From: Eremomyces bilateralis CBS 781.70
Taxonomy: Eukaryota
Assembly: GCA_010015585.1 (NCBI GenBank)
Contig: ML975159.1
Strand: one strand, 5' to 3'
DNA length: 64,000 nt
Part shown: positions 13,493 through 26,195 of the stretch, piece after piece
How the letters are laid out: every line of letters starts with the position of its first letter
Position numbering within the stretch: the first letter of the stretch is position 1
Program-made: the position numbers and the translations under genes
The notes under the pieces: model-generated
What the model was told of the DNA's origin: nothing
Seen by the model: only the letters and a program-made list of their open reading frames with translations
Databases searched by the model: none

Positions 13493-14337
13493 CTACACCC
13501 ACCTCCTCATCGCCACCACATTCCCCCCAATATCCGACCCCGCAAACCCCCACCACCCCCAATGCCTCAGCATACACCCCCCCACTAACCCCTTCTTCAC
13601 CACCCCAGGAATCGGCGGTCAATTCCCCCACATCCCCTCCTCCCACTCCCGATCCATATGCAGCACCAAAAATACAAACACATCCGTCCACCCCGCCCGC
13701 GTCACGCTTCGCTTCCCCCACTGCTCGGACGCCCGCCCCTCACCCGCCTCCGGATCTCCCGCCCCCTCTGTCGACAGCGCCGCGATCGTCGCGATCTCCG
13801 CGTGGAAGTGTTCTTGAAACAGCGCGCGGAACGCGTCCATTTTCGCGCGGAGGGTGGCGCCCGAGAAGGACGCGGGGTAGCGTGCGGTGGTAGCAAGATA
13901 GTCCGCCATATCCACGACGCCAGCGACGAACGCCTTGTGTTCATCGCGGTCGCGTCGAAGTAGCCGGGTTTGCCGAGGAGGGACTCGACGGCGGGGAAGA
14001 GGTCGGATTCCTCGGCGTCGTGGTGGGAGATGACGAGGGCAGTCCAGGCGGTGGCGTAGCCGATGAAGGGGGCGTGGTGGGTGCGGGGGAGGGAGGGGGC
14101 TTGGTTGTAGATGCTGTTGAAGCCGCGGAGGATGGCGTTGTGGAGGAGGGCCATGTGCGAGGCACCGGTGGTGAAGATGTCGTTCTGGGTGGGGTTAGTG
14201 GACGGGAGGTGATAGGGGGTGGTTCTTAGGCAGGATGGATGGATTGGGGGATAGCATACCCTTTTCGTCTCATACTGAGGAGTATGCACAAGTGGAATGG
14301 GGGACTCGACCCACAATTTATCCACTGGGCCAGGCAT
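13493..14337 (-). pseudogene. Hemerythrin/HHE cation-binding domain protein, disrupted
   Basis: MALLHNAILRGFNSIYNQAP, HHDAEESDLFP, (D)EHKAF, EHFHAEI, HMDREWEEGMWGN*PPIP. One-base frameshift near 13948 and in-frame TGA at 13619-13621 where W is expected. Confidence 0.8.
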
Positions 14338-15391
14338 GGCTTTTCGATCTTTTGGCTGGTAGTTGAAGTATATCCCGAAAATCAGCGCAATGGTGATCGG
14401 AATCCTAAAGGCGAGGAGCGAGTACCATATGACTTGGGCATTTATAGACGCAATTCAATTGGATTTTCCAAACTACTTCGACCCCAACTTCGCAGGCGTC
14501 TTCCAAGCTCTTGATTTTCAGATTAATCATCAATCCGACAGCTACACCCCATCTGCTGAAGCTTTTGATACGGGATTGGTAAGTTGGGATGCATGCAATA
14601 GGTGTCAAGTCCAGACAACGACATTTCTAGGCAACATCATTCCATGCATGCGATGCTATCAACCCCAAATGCTCATTGTTGATTCATTCTCATCAAGCCA
14701 CATTCGAAACACACCTAATTTCGAGATGATATCTCGTGGTGATCAACTCACGCCATGCCTTGGAGTTCGTAATCGCGGTGCGTCTGATTGGATGAGATCT
14801 GTCAGGAGTCTCGGCTTAGACTCCAAACCATTGGCAGTGATCGAGATCTCTAAGTTTTCGAACCACATCGTTTTGTCGACATGTCCCTTGGTTCCATCCT
14901 GATTTAAGGGTGGTTTCATGGTGGCTTGGTTGATGAATACTTCTCTGTTTTTGATGGTATTGATGATCTATAGCAGCCGGATCCGCTCGTCCAGGGGTAG
15001 AGCTCTAGGGATCTGTTCGAACCCTTAATGGTTAAATTAATGTCAATTCCGTCTTAGGCAGGCCCGGCAGGTAATCAGTCAATCCGTAGTACCACCTTTA
15101 TATATCACTCATCTCGCATTATAATTTACGGAACCAGAACCAAGTTTCGGCTCGCTAAGTACGGCTCGATATAATTAGAAAGAGGCAAGACCAAGCGGGA
15201 GAGGACAAACGAGAATTTTAGAAAGAGGGTAAATGGGTTCCTTCTTCGAGAGGGTAGAACAAGAAAAGATCCGGTTCCCATTCCATGCTTCTCATTCACA
15301 CAACAACGTGCGCTTCCCAGAACTCTTCTTAAACATGGTGATGGCGTCTATGGAGCTGCTCATCCATGCATGGCAATGAGAAATCCACAGC

Positions 15392-17674
15392 TCAATGCTC
15401 ACAGAAGCTGTACGAATGCTGCTGCCATCCCGCTTCGGCCGTCTTGACAAACGCACTGCGAGCCTCCATGAGCTTGATTCGGTGCTCCTTCGCTTCTTCC
15501 AACCCCATAGGTATTGTTTCTGCGTCGACGTGGAAATATTCGCGCACCATTTCCATCAGCTCCGGGGGGAGTGTCCCCGTAGATGTTGCGGGTATGTTTG
15601 CGTCCAGGCCCTTGTCTTTCATTAGAGCCACGAGCTCAGCTGGGAGCTTGGACAAGGCTGCATCGCGAGCTTCCGTCGTGTTTCCGACGATGGAGTCCAG
15701 CCACCAGTCCATTTGCTGCGGAGGGACGTTGGCAGTCGAAATGATGCGCTGAGTGGGGTCGATGAGCCAGAGTGCAATGAACCGTCGGTGACCGGGTTTA
15801 GTTGGGTCCTCCAAACGGAAAGGGGAAACTCGATGTTGGCTGTTCCCAGGGGTCAGTGGTTCGGATTTTGACAAATGAAAATTATGGGTGAAAGATGCCT
15901 ACTCACAAGACGTTTGGGAACGCAAGCAATCTCCCTTGGCGCGTCTCAACATTGCCATAATTCTGCAGACAAGGGGAGCTGCTTCCACCGAGACCAGTTC
16001 CATATACCTGTTCCAACCAATGGTAGGCGTCCTGTCCTACGCTAATTTCGTCGTTCATATAGGCTGATGTCTGCATGCGGAACGAGAGGTTGCTGGCCGA
16101 GATGTTCTCGCTATCAAGGTAGTAGAGCGCCGTAGCGCAAATATGTTCGTTCATCTGCCCTTCAATCTAGGGTGAGTATCAGCAAGAATCCATTCTCCTG
16201 GGGGTTTTGATTGTGAGGCGGAACTCACATGCCATCCACCCGCTGGAAATTCAGGCTTGTCAGGCGTGAGTTCAATGGAAGCCATCTTGACAATGACTTG
16301 AAGGCCGGACTTTGCAAACTTCTCTGCAAGGCATTTTCCTGGTGCTGGCGCATAATCGACATCTTCAAACGAAGCATCGGGAATGACCGGTTTACGCAAC
16401 AACTCCCACTTTTTCTGGATCTCGTCGTCCCACTCAGGATCGTATTCGTATCGTCTTCCTACTTCCCCCCAGTTTACCTCTACCTCGGCGACTTCTAGCG
16501 AATCTGATGGGTCCCAATTCTCTTCGTTCTCGTCACTGCAGTAGGTAAGTACATGACATAACCTGCTGGCTTGAACTAAAGTGGAAGGACTGCTTACTCT
16601 GGGTTGTCAGGGTATGGAAACCGGGGCTTGAGTCGTCCAGCACCGTCTCTCTTTTCATAATCGGCAGCAAGAGCGAGGCATTGGTCCCAGGCTGGAAGTG
16701 CGGTCTCAATCAGTTTCTCGATTGTGCTGTAGATCTCCGGGTACCTGTTTGGGTGGAGGTTGTTGATGTAGCTGGTAAATTTGACCGCGCCGTCCTCTTG
16801 AAAAGCAACATTCGCAGGCAGCCACTGGAATGTGTCGGACCAATACTGAGGCGGCACCTTTCCAGATCCAACACCATAACGGGATCTATCTCGCTGTGGG
16901 TCAGGGCTCCAATCATCCTTTGGGATGATGTTGCCTTTACCCGCCCATTTTGCGATAGCGTCAACAACACCAACAACTTCCTCTTTCAAACCTCTGCTGC
17001 GACCGTAGACCAAGGGATACATCGACGGGTGCACCAGATTCTGGACCATGTCGTTGGAATTGGGATGCCAGTCAGGTGCCGATGCCTGATCCTTTCTAAG
17101 CGTCTCGAAAGCCCTATATAGAGCCTCGTGTAGCTCAGACGAAACGATCTTGTCTGATTTCGCCACAGACGCGCATGCATCGAGTGTAGGGATAAGGCCT
17201 GATTTTTCGTAGTACCTGGCTTTGCTTCGGAGTTCTTCGACGCACTTTGGAGTTCAGAATCAGGGCATAGCCTAAGATATGAAGCATGGAACATACGCAA
17301 TCGAAAGTATTCGTTGTCATAATGCCTTTCAAGGGCTCCACATAATCGGAAATCAGGTTGTCCCGCACACTGAGGTTGCCGTCCGCATCCCAGTATTGAG
17401 ACTTGTCACTGATTGCTAGCTTGCAGAATTGCTCATCGGGAATGGCCAGCGCCTCGTCGCGCCATTTTGACACAATTTCATCATCAAAGACTTTCTTTTG
17501 CCAGTCTTCTTTGTCGGTGAGGCGATCCATGATGCTCATCATAGCGAGCTCTCGGATCGGAAGCATGTTAGAGTCGGCCCCCCAACAGCCACCATGGGCA
17601 CCGATGGGATAGTGGCCATAGTTCTCTTGGGGGTCGTACCGCAATGGAAGACCGAGTCCTGGATAGTCTGACAT
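15392..17674 (-). CDS. DUF4246 family protein, multi-exon
   Basis: RELAMMSIMDRLTDKEDWQKKVFDDEIVSKW, DWHPNSNDMVQNLVHPSMYPLVYGRS, FQWLPANV, YINNLHP, GLQVIVKMASIELTPDKPEFPAGGWH, NEHICATALYYLDSENI, GRLLAFPN, KPGHRRFIALWLIDP, FCEH*. Confidence 0.88.
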
Positions 17675-18599
17675 GGCCGATAGACTGCGAATAGGCGACG
17701 TGTTTGCTAGGCTCCTTCGAGATCGTGGTCTTTGACAGACAAGGGCCGACGGCGAAAAATCGAGACGATCGAATTGGAGCGCGTCTGGGTTTTACGGAAA
17801 GAGAAGCCCAACAGCCCTCTTCTAGTTATCTGTGTTGACATACGCGCATTGTCGTGCCGTATTTATACAGTGCACGTAGACCAGGCTCGCAGCAACCCAT
17901 GCTGGGTTCAGGAGTCCATTAGATATGCAATACTACGCTACCTGATCTGCTTAACGATGGGTGACTCCGTTACAGGCAGCGCTCCAGGCAGCGCTCCAAT
18001 AATGAATTTGTTCAATATGAATGAGAGACGTTGGTGTGTTGTTGTGACGGGGCCAGCTGCTGGTCAGCGTCTCTGGATACTGCCTATCCGCGGCCCGCGC
18101 CCCTGGTTCGTCGCTGACTGCCTGGATCATCCTCGGTTTAGAGGACGCTACCAGATGAGTCAGCGACGTACCAGGAGCTAGGGCTCGACATCCTCATAAA
18201 GTCTTCATGAAATCTAACCCGATTTGGCCCTAGCGCTCATAAAAGGCCTCATAAATACTAGCCTAATTAGGTATAGCATTACCTAAATGTTAGTGCCTGA
18301 GGCACTAACGTAGGCATTTGGGGATCCTACCTGTTCTTATATAGCTCTTTCTAGCTGTATAAGTCTTGTAATCGACACCTTCATCGCTCAAATGACCAAA
18401 CCATAACAGGAATGGACGTGTATGTATCTAGCTTCAATCTTCATGAAGGAGAAGAGCTGGATGACTCAGCATGATGACTCAGCAGTGCACGGGCCTACTA
18501 CTGGTACGTTCCTTGAGCCTCATCATTAAACCATCATTTAATTTCAAATGAGCTCATTTGGATTGCCCTACCAGGAGCAGGGATAATCACCCCCGGAAC

Positions 18600-19200
18600 A
18601 TAAATCGTCTTCATTATGGATACTTGCACAGACAGCTTTTCGGCCTCATCCCACCGACCTCCCACTAACGTAGTAGAGCAATGTATCAAAATAGATTTAT
18701 TATGTGTCTGGCAATCGAGAGACACGGCCGCAGAAAAAGATTGCCAGGCTACCACAGGAGGTATGTGTCAGTAGGCCGTGTGAGGGAATCCGCGAAGGGG
18801 ATTCGCCAAGTCTCCCTGACAACCAACGAAACAAAACAAACCGCCATATGGATAACTATACCTCTACGGCAGACAATTAGATAGAGTTGTCTATTTCGCC
18901 AATCCTCCATACGCTGCAGCTGACGTGTCGCATTGTTATAATCCATTCTATATTCTAGACAGCGATGTTTTATAACGGGAAATGCTATTTCTGTAATGGA
19001 AGTATGGAACCCACTTGGCCTTTGACAATGTCCTCCAACTGTTTAGCCCAAAGAGAATCGATGTCCTCTACCGACTGCCGGTGGTGAACGATGTCTATGA
19101 TATCCCTCCAACTACCCCGTTACTATTGTTTAATAAAGCTCCTCTAGTACCCTGGTTGGAGTCGCCATGTTCTTCTGTTTGCTTTCATTGGCACGGGTCC
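18600..19200 (-). pseudogene. Highly decayed NACHT/TPR NLR-like fragments
   Basis: GRWDEAEKLSVQV (18620-18660) resembles fungal NLR TPR repeats. EEHGDSNQGTRGALL...ILFGLN (19040-19180) resembles the CxxGTR..LL...IFWLNG segment before a NACHT P-loop. No open frame links them. Confidence 0.3.
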
Positions 19201-19779
19201 CTCAATCCCTACCCTTGTGGGTAGCAAACGGCCATGACGCGGCTTGACGATTGTAGACGTTTGCTTAGGGAGCATAAAATCCGTCTCGATGCACGATCCA
19301 TTTTCATTTCCATCATGCGTATTTCTCTACAGTAAAAGTCTTCGTTGACTCCTGAAATAATATACTCCGCAAGGAAGTGTTCAATACAAGCGAGCAGTCA
19401 AACCTAACCACGAAACACCCGTGAGCCAGGACATCGGGTTGAAACATGTCCTCTAGGTCGTCCAGTTACTACAGATTAGTTTTTCTATCGGAATTTCATA
19501 TAATTAGGGCGTTGTGGAGATATCTGTAATTGAAGTGATTTGGTTTGGCTAGGGCTGACCGCTCGCTTGTGTTGACCACTCGCTGGTGGAGTACGTAATG
19601 TTCATATACTAATAGTTCTGAGTCTTGCTGTTTCCCTCTGCGTTATGCTGTCAGTTATTTGTTTGAGTATTTGTTCCGTGCAAAGGGACTTCGAGGTCAA
19701 CTCGTGACGTCTAGAAGAGATCATTCCTGTAGAAAATTATAATCGTCTTTAATTCATGGGAGAAGGAGCAGCTGCTTTA

Positions 19780-20110
19780 TGCTGCTAATCGAAGGAGCAC
19801 GAATTGAATTACTTCCCTCGACATTCAGATATAAGTGATATTCACGAGGACTAGCGTCGAGTCAAACTGATGCTCTATCACCCTTTTCGTTGTGTGGATG
19901 ATCTGCTCCGGCCTGAGCCTGATGATCCTCTCTTTACGTCCTATTCTGCAGTATATTCTGCATCTTGCGTTAATGACCAACATAACCATCTATTGACCAC
20001 CATGATCCTCTTGTTCTTGCTGATGAGGACGAGTTTGAAGAAGGCGCTAATAGTGAGGAGGAATAGCAGGGTAGCTGAAATGAACTCGCCAGTCAAAGAG
20101 GTATGATATA
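19780..20110 (+). mobile_element. Helitron Rep/helicase relic
   Basis: Frameshifted translation LNYFPRHS...HED*RRVKLMLYHPFRCVDDLL followed by an acidic stretch. This matches the NYFPRY...EDxCRVKLMLHHPF linker I recall from fungal Helitron proteins. Confidence 0.55.
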
Positions 20111-20229
20111 ACTGGCATTCAACGACGGCTCATGCCTTCCCCCTAACACGGACCGATATGATAAGGGCTTATGGCACTCTATTCAATGCCCTTATTCATC
20201 CCGGCAAACTCCTTGCTTCAGCCCATTCT

Positions 20230-20460
20230 TCCTCATCTTTCTACATCTACAATACTAAACACAGTTCAGATTTGACTGAATCAGTGGAACCTCGCTGATA
20301 CAACCATCCTATCCTTGTCATCATCTTTCCATGCCTACAAAACTAAACCTAACTCAGACTGGACTGGATTAGTGGGAAACTCTCTACCACACTCATCTCC
20401 TCTATACCCCCATCTACGATACTAAACTCAGATCAGCTTTAACTGAACCATCAACGGACT
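20230..20460 (+). repeat. Three degenerate ~85-bp tandem units
   Basis: Core catctacaatactaaacacagttcagatttgactgaa / gcctacaaaactaaacctaactcagactggactgga / catctacgatactaaactcagatcagctttaactgaa recurs near 20245, 20332 and 20411. Confidence 0.55.
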
Positions 20461-23402
20461 TCATATTTCTGCCAACCAAGAACAATTGAAATGGCAACAC
20501 CCGGCAACACCTTCTTCAACGCCTTCGCAGCCAACGGCCGGGCACAACCGGCTGTCTAGCTACTTCTGGACAATATCAACGCCGCTATGGACATGCTCCA
20601 CGAGCGAACCGGGTAGAAAGACTTTTATGGGCCCAACGATACTGTAGATAGCGAAGCAAGGCAACTTCACTACCTACGAAGTCGCCTGCTTCACTTTTGC
20701 CATGGAAGAGCAGGACTGTAGGGGAATTCGGCCGTTAAGTCAACCGTGAAAATGGGCCAATGTTTGCAAGCGACAGTTTGCAAATGAGCGAAGAGCAATA
20801 TCGCCAGTTTAGCAACCAGACATTAACGCCTTTATCGAAGAATGGGTCATCGGTGGAATGAGTGAGCAAGAGCTTGGACATGGATATTCCGTGTCGGATT
20901 CGGGTGAAGAACTCAGGGAATGCACTCAACTCGAATTTGGACTTCTCATGCGAAGCTCTTCTTTTTCAGCATGCAATAATTTGTCTTCCACCTCTCTATG
21001 GTCTACAGCCGCCTCCATATCTCTACGGTAACCACCCACCCCCTTAACCTCCCAATGGCCCTGGGCATAGTGCAGTTCTAGATTGGATTTGACATAGTCA
21101 GATACCATATAAGGATAGTACTTTCCTGCCTGCTGACTATCTTCCTTCGTTTCTGAGTGCCCTTCGTTCTTCAAGTTCTAGCTGTTTGCGATTATTTCTA
21201 CTAGACGGTAGTCGATTCCTCTTACTCGTCAATTAGTTGGGCCTTTCTTTTCCTCTCTTTCTGCTAGACCGCGGTTGGACTTCTCGCTCGACGCTGGCAT
21301 GGTTAGCGCACTAGTCTACACCAGAGGCTAGCTAAGATTTAAAAACTTGCTATCAGACCGCTCAATATCTCGGATGGATCTTCTTCCACCCTTCAAAGCT
21401 GCTGATGGCAGCAATCAGATAACCATGAAGTCGTTCGCGCGGGGGAAGTACCAACACCTACTGCACAGCGGGGAGATGCGGACTAGCGGAGTGAACCCAC
21501 GACGTGCTCTGCGCGCTGCTACGGCTGTATCGTCTCCTTCTCCTGTGCCGACTGTGCCCTCGAGTCCTCCCGCGCCCCCTGCACCCGCGATCGCGTCCTT
21601 GCCTCCCGCGTCCATCCCTACCTCCGATCCTGCCGGCGACGTCGTTGTACCGGAAGACAATGAGGGTGAAGATGAACCAGACACTTCTGGGTAGAAAAGG
21701 TGCAGTCTTTTGGCAGAAATTTGGGCTCTTATGTTGTCTCTAGGTTGCCTCTTGTGTGCGTCTCCCAAAGGGTGCCGATGATCTTCAACAATAATGGACC
21801 GCAGCGGTTCCGAGCCACTCCTTCTGCCCTGCGGGATAAACTCTTGATGGGGAATGAAAATATGTGGAGAGACCACCTAACAACCAGTGTGTCGTACGGA
21901 GTTGACTACAGGTACTTTCTCAACGAACGGGCTCGGATCAAGCTCGGGCTCTGGACATGTTTTTCCAGCAACTGACAACGGCAAGCACACCGTCTTGTCC
22001 CACGAATTTTTCGAATACTTACTTAGAGGATCCTATGCCGGCCGAGCAGCCGGAGGAATGATCTGCCATAGGCAAAATATTTGCGGAATACGGGGGGTGT
22101 TGAACCATTTGATGACCCCGAATTTGGATCTGAGCCTGACCCCGATCCTGAGCCAGAACAGCCGACAGAGCGTTGTGGTGTCGGACGGATCAATGACTGG
22201 GTACAATGAGAACCACATTAATCATTCGGATACCTCCAAGGAACCCGATGATATTGACGAATAAGAGCGGGATGTGCTCGACTCGCCGCCGCATGACCAA
22301 AACCTCCCTCCCATTTCGAAATTCGAACTTCATTTCCACTCTTCATCCATCACTCACTGCTTTGAACATGGCGTTCATAGGGCCTAAGTACCACTCTAGA
22401 CTCAATGCCGAAGGGGTGGTAGTGCGATCCACTCCTCAGTTCAGGAGCCTTACGCGAGTTCAAAGCTAGTGTGAAAAAGGACATGGCCGAGACATCCCAC
22501 AAGTGCCGAGATATGGACGAGAGGCGCGGCAATGCAGAAGCGGATCATTGATTGGACAAAAGCGCAAGAAGGATATTGACAGCGGAGATAATGAGCCTCT
22601 GGCTAAGCGAGGTGGCATGGAGGAAATCTCCAGACTCCACCACAACCAAGAGTAAGGGTATCAACGTGATTGACGAAATCCTGGATGATGAAGATATGAA
22701 TAATAATCAAGATCTTGAGGAAGAGATCAGAGATCAATGCACATCAATCTAATTCTCGGATGGTGCGCACGACCAAATCTCGCCTATGGGGTAGAAGTTG
22801 GTACAGGTAACTACCGGTAGTTAATAATGTCAAACATGCAACAATTCCAATGAGTCGAGAACTTGAGATGGATGGAGTGGTGATAGAGTTATATGCTAAC
22901 CGAATGGGGAAGTGCAGCGCAGCATGGACCCTCTTGTATTCCTACCCCCACGCTTCCCCCACATGCGCCACATCCCCGCTCTGCCGCTCGGGATACACGC
23001 TTTCTCTATTGTTCATGATGCCTGCCAAACTTGACTCGATTTTGAAGTTTATGGCTTTGAGCAGGAAGAGTGAACGTATATACCGTGTTTAGAATGTGAT
23101 TGGGACCTTTCTGGTATGTGGTACGCTTCCGCTGTTGTCCCATTACCCCGCATATGGCACGATTCCCTGCGGTGGACCGTGGAACGCGGTTCAGCTCTCA
23201 CGGGAGTCTATATACTTCCTACGTTGCCCCGAGGCTGATATATATAGGCTGTGGATAGCAAAAGAATCTCTCTTTCCTATCGTCGCCGGCCGGCTAAAGG
23301 CATAAACCAACATCCGCATTCGACGACAACCGCATTCATCGTTCCTCCGTCCCTTTGTCTCGTTTTAGCTATCGAACAACAGAGTAGCCCCTGATTTCCA
23401 CC

Positions 23403-26195
23403 ATGGTTACCTCCATTCCCCGAGTGAGATCGTCTACCCGACGCGTATCGATCGACTATACCAGATATCCCCATGCGTACCGTTATGCGTCATGGTGCGC
23501 GGCTGGATACAGTCCAACCTGCACCGACCGCCGTCCAGGGGAATCAAGCAGGTCCTCCAACTCCAAATCGACCACATATCAGGGCCATCCGACCTACCCC
23601 GCATCAAGTACTCCTCGGCTTCGACGATGCGAGACCCGGTCCTTCCATGGTTGGGGCGGAAGACGATGGCCGCCGGAAGACCATGACGCGCGATATGAAA
23701 GGCTGCGGGAGGAGATGAGTCGGCGGCGGAAGCACATGATGAAGGAACACAGTGACGCTATCGAGCAGTTGAAGAAGAGGATCCAGGAAGATCCGTATGA
23801 TGCTCTGTTCGGATGGAGTAATCGTGTGCGGAGAGGCGAGAACAGACAGCCGAATTCCAAAGAGAAGGACCAGGCGCAGGCGGCTGCGGAGTTGAGGGAT
23901 GGGTCGGATATGGTTGGGGAGCAGAAGGTGGAGGTGATTATTGAGCCGGGGACGATCGAGTTGAGAAGTGCGGAGTTTGAATATGACCCGATCTCGAACC
24001 GGATGGTAGCGAAGGAGGCGCAGAATCTCCAGATGGAGGTTGATGAGCCGGTATCGGAAGCAAAGAGTATCGGAACCGAGCTACCACCGGAAACCATCGA
24101 CGTCGATGCTACTACGTCGAAACCGGTATTGCTAAAGGATGAGCCGCTAGCTGAAGAAGAGCTTGCGTCAAGACCGATCGAAGGGATAGTGGCGCCAATC
24201 TCCCCAGAAGAGATAAAGGCTCCAGAGAAACCCGAACCCCGACTTAACATGCCCGAGGACGATCTTGACTTTCTCCAATCCAGCGATGTCCGTGCATCCA
24301 TGAGCTTGGCTAGCGAAGCCAACTACCGCAGCGATGCGGAGAGGGAACAAGAACGCCTCGAGCTAAAGGATGACTATAGAGAGTTGCAACAGACTACCAC
24401 GAACGAAGAGGTTACTCGCCCGACCCTTCCCAGTGCTCCGACTGCCACCACCATTCCGCAGCCATTGGAGACCTCGCTCGACCGCGTGAACACCGACGCC
24501 GTATCTACCCAGCGCATCAAACGCTTAGATCGAATCTTGAAGCATTTGGACATCATGACCTCCGACATGTTCAGGCAGCAGAAGCACATCGATTCCATGC
24601 AGCGTGCCATGGATGGTGATCGGCCGCAAGTGACCCTCGAACAGATTGGCCTTGGAGAGCGGGGTTCGGCTGAGAAGGCGGAAGTCTCTGAAGCGGGAAA
24701 GAGAAAATCGCACAGGGCGGCACTGTTGAATACATCACTCGAGGAGGAAGTCGACCACGTCAAGGCTGCGATGGCAAAGCTTGAGCAGCGAGCGGAACTC
24801 TCTGTAAACGAGCCGTCGCAGACACCAGAGGTCGATACTCTAGATCCTAACGTAGTAACTCAACAGAAATCCGTGGTCACCGAAGATGGTATGCTCGAGA
24901 ACCAGATACGGACCATATATGAGGGCGAATATGGACTCATCGCGTCCGACGAGCCACAGAAGTTGGCGGCCTCGGAATCTGCACCATTCGAGCTTGACCA
25001 CGAGACGAAAGGGACCCTTCAAGACCTCGTCGGGCGAGCTTCGCAAATCGAAGCAAGGCTTGACGCCCTATTCAACGCCGTTAAACTGGTCCCAATCAGT
25101 CAGGACTCCGAAGCCGAAACAACTTCTAGCCTTGACGCCCTTGCTCAGAGAGTCTCAGCCGTGGATTCAAGGCTCGGCAGCATCATCTCCGCCATTGACC
25201 AACTGACTGCGGAGGCTGAGCACGACCAGAGCCTTGATGGCCTCGTTCAGAGAGTTTCAGCGGTAGACTCACGGATTGATGGCATCATCTCTGCTATTGA
25301 CCAGTTGACGGCGGAGTCTGAGCACGAGAAGAGCCTTGATGGCATCGTTCATAGAGTTTCAGCAGTAGACTCACGGCTCGATGGCATCATCTCTGCTATT
25401 GACCAACTTCCAGCGAAGGTTGAGCAAGGAAAGGCCCCGATCTCCACCAGCCCCGACCCTCACACGAAAGCAGCCCTCGACGACATCACCGAGCGGCTCT
25501 TTCAACTCACCACCAAAATCGACACCGTCTCCTCATCCATCACCCATCTCCAATCAATCAACCACGACGCCAACAGCGACACCAACCAGCTCGCCACCCA
25601 AACCGAAGCCACCCTTCAACATCTCAACGCCCTCATCAACGATCTCGACACCCGCTTCGCCACCCTCGCCGCCACCATCTCGGAGCGTCCCTCCCAGCAA
25701 AACTCGGATCCATCCGCTGCACCGACCACTGCCACTGAGACCGCGGCCCGCCTCCAGGACTTCGTCACCCAACTCGAAGCCATGGACATCAACTTCCGGA
25801 AATTCCGCTGGCATGACCTTTCGCGCTTCGTTGAGATCCGCGAGCAGTTGATCGCGCTGAACTCGGTGGTGAACCCGGAGTCGAAAGGGGAGAGGGGGGG
25901 TCAAGGGGACAGGGGTAGGCCGTTTCGGTTGGAGGGAGGGTGGAGAATTAAGGTGTTGTTAGCGTTGATGGGGGCGGCGACGGTGGGGAATTTGGTGGTG
26001 ACGAAGAGGGGGTTGGAGGGGCAGTGGAGGGGGTTGGAAGCGGAGAGGAGGTTGGCGGGGTTGGAGGAGATGGTTATGGGGAATGGGAGGGGGGCGGAGT
26101 TGGAGTTGGTACCGGTGAGACCGTCGGGGAAGGATATTGTGCGGACTGGGCAGCAGGCTGAGAGTTCGGGGGGTTCGTGGTTTTGGTCGAGATGA
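23403..26195 (+). CDS. Uncharacterised fungal coiled-coil protein (930 aa) with C-terminal hydrophobic segment
   Basis: Long single ORF with an Arg/Ser-rich N-terminus. Motifs DPYDALFGWS, FEYDPISNRMV and DDLDFLQSSDVRAS resemble a conserved Pezizomycotina hypothetical protein. Internal 34-aa repeats. Confidence 0.8.
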   Translation: MVTSIPRVRSSTRRVSIDYTRYPHAYRYASWCAAGYSPTCTDRRPGESSRSSNSKSTTYQGHPTYPASSTPRLRRCETRSFHGWGGRRWPPEDHDARYERLREEMSRRRKHMMKEHSDAIEQLKKRIQEDPYDALFGWSNRVRRGENRQPNSKEKDQAQAAAELRDGSDMVGEQKVEVIIEPGTIELRSAEFEYDPISNRMVAKEAQNLQMEVDEPVSEAKSIGTELPPETIDVDATTSKPVLLKDEPLAEEELASRPIEGIVAPISPEEIKAPEKPEPRLNMPEDDLDFLQSSDVRASMSLASEANYRSDAEREQERLELKDDYRELQQTTTNEEVTRPTLPSAPTATTIPQPLETSLDRVNTDAVSTQRIKRLDRILKHLDIMTSDMFRQQKHIDSMQRAMDGDRPQVTLEQIGLGERGSAEKAEVSEAGKRKSHRAALLNTSLEEEVDHVKAAMAKLEQRAELSVNEPSQTPEVDTLDPNVVTQQKSVVTEDGMLENQIRTIYEGEYGLIASDEPQKLAASESAPFELDHETKGTLQDLVGRASQIEARLDALFNAVKLVPISQDSEAETTSSLDALAQRVSAVDSRLGSIISAIDQLTAEAEHDQSLDGLVQRVSAVDSRIDGIISAIDQLTAESEHEKSLDGIVHRVSAVDSRLDGIISAIDQLPAKVEQGKAPISTSPDPHTKAALDDITERLFQLTTKIDTVSSSITHLQSINHDANSDTNQLATQTEATLQHLNALINDLDTRFATLAATISERPSQQNSDPSAAPTTATETAARLQDFVTQLEAMDINFRKFRWHDLSRFVEIREQLIALNSVVNPESKGERGGQGDRGRPFRLEGGWRIKVLLALMGAATVGNLVVTKRGLEGQWRGLEAERRLAGLEEMVMGNGRGAELELVPVRPSGKDIVRTGQQAESSGGSWFWSR
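25128..25410 (+). repeat. Intragenic 102-bp tandem repeat x ~2.8 (34 aa)
   Basis: Units start at 25128, 25230 and 25332: SLDALAQRVSAVDSRLGSIISAIDQL / SLDGLVQRVSAVDSRIDGIISAIDQL / SLDGIVHRVSAVDSRLDGIISAIDQL. Confidence 0.92.

Noticed and set aside
14363..14902. 179-aa ORF upstream of the hemerythrin pseudogene
   Set aside because: Non-ATG start, no domain signal; probably intergenic.
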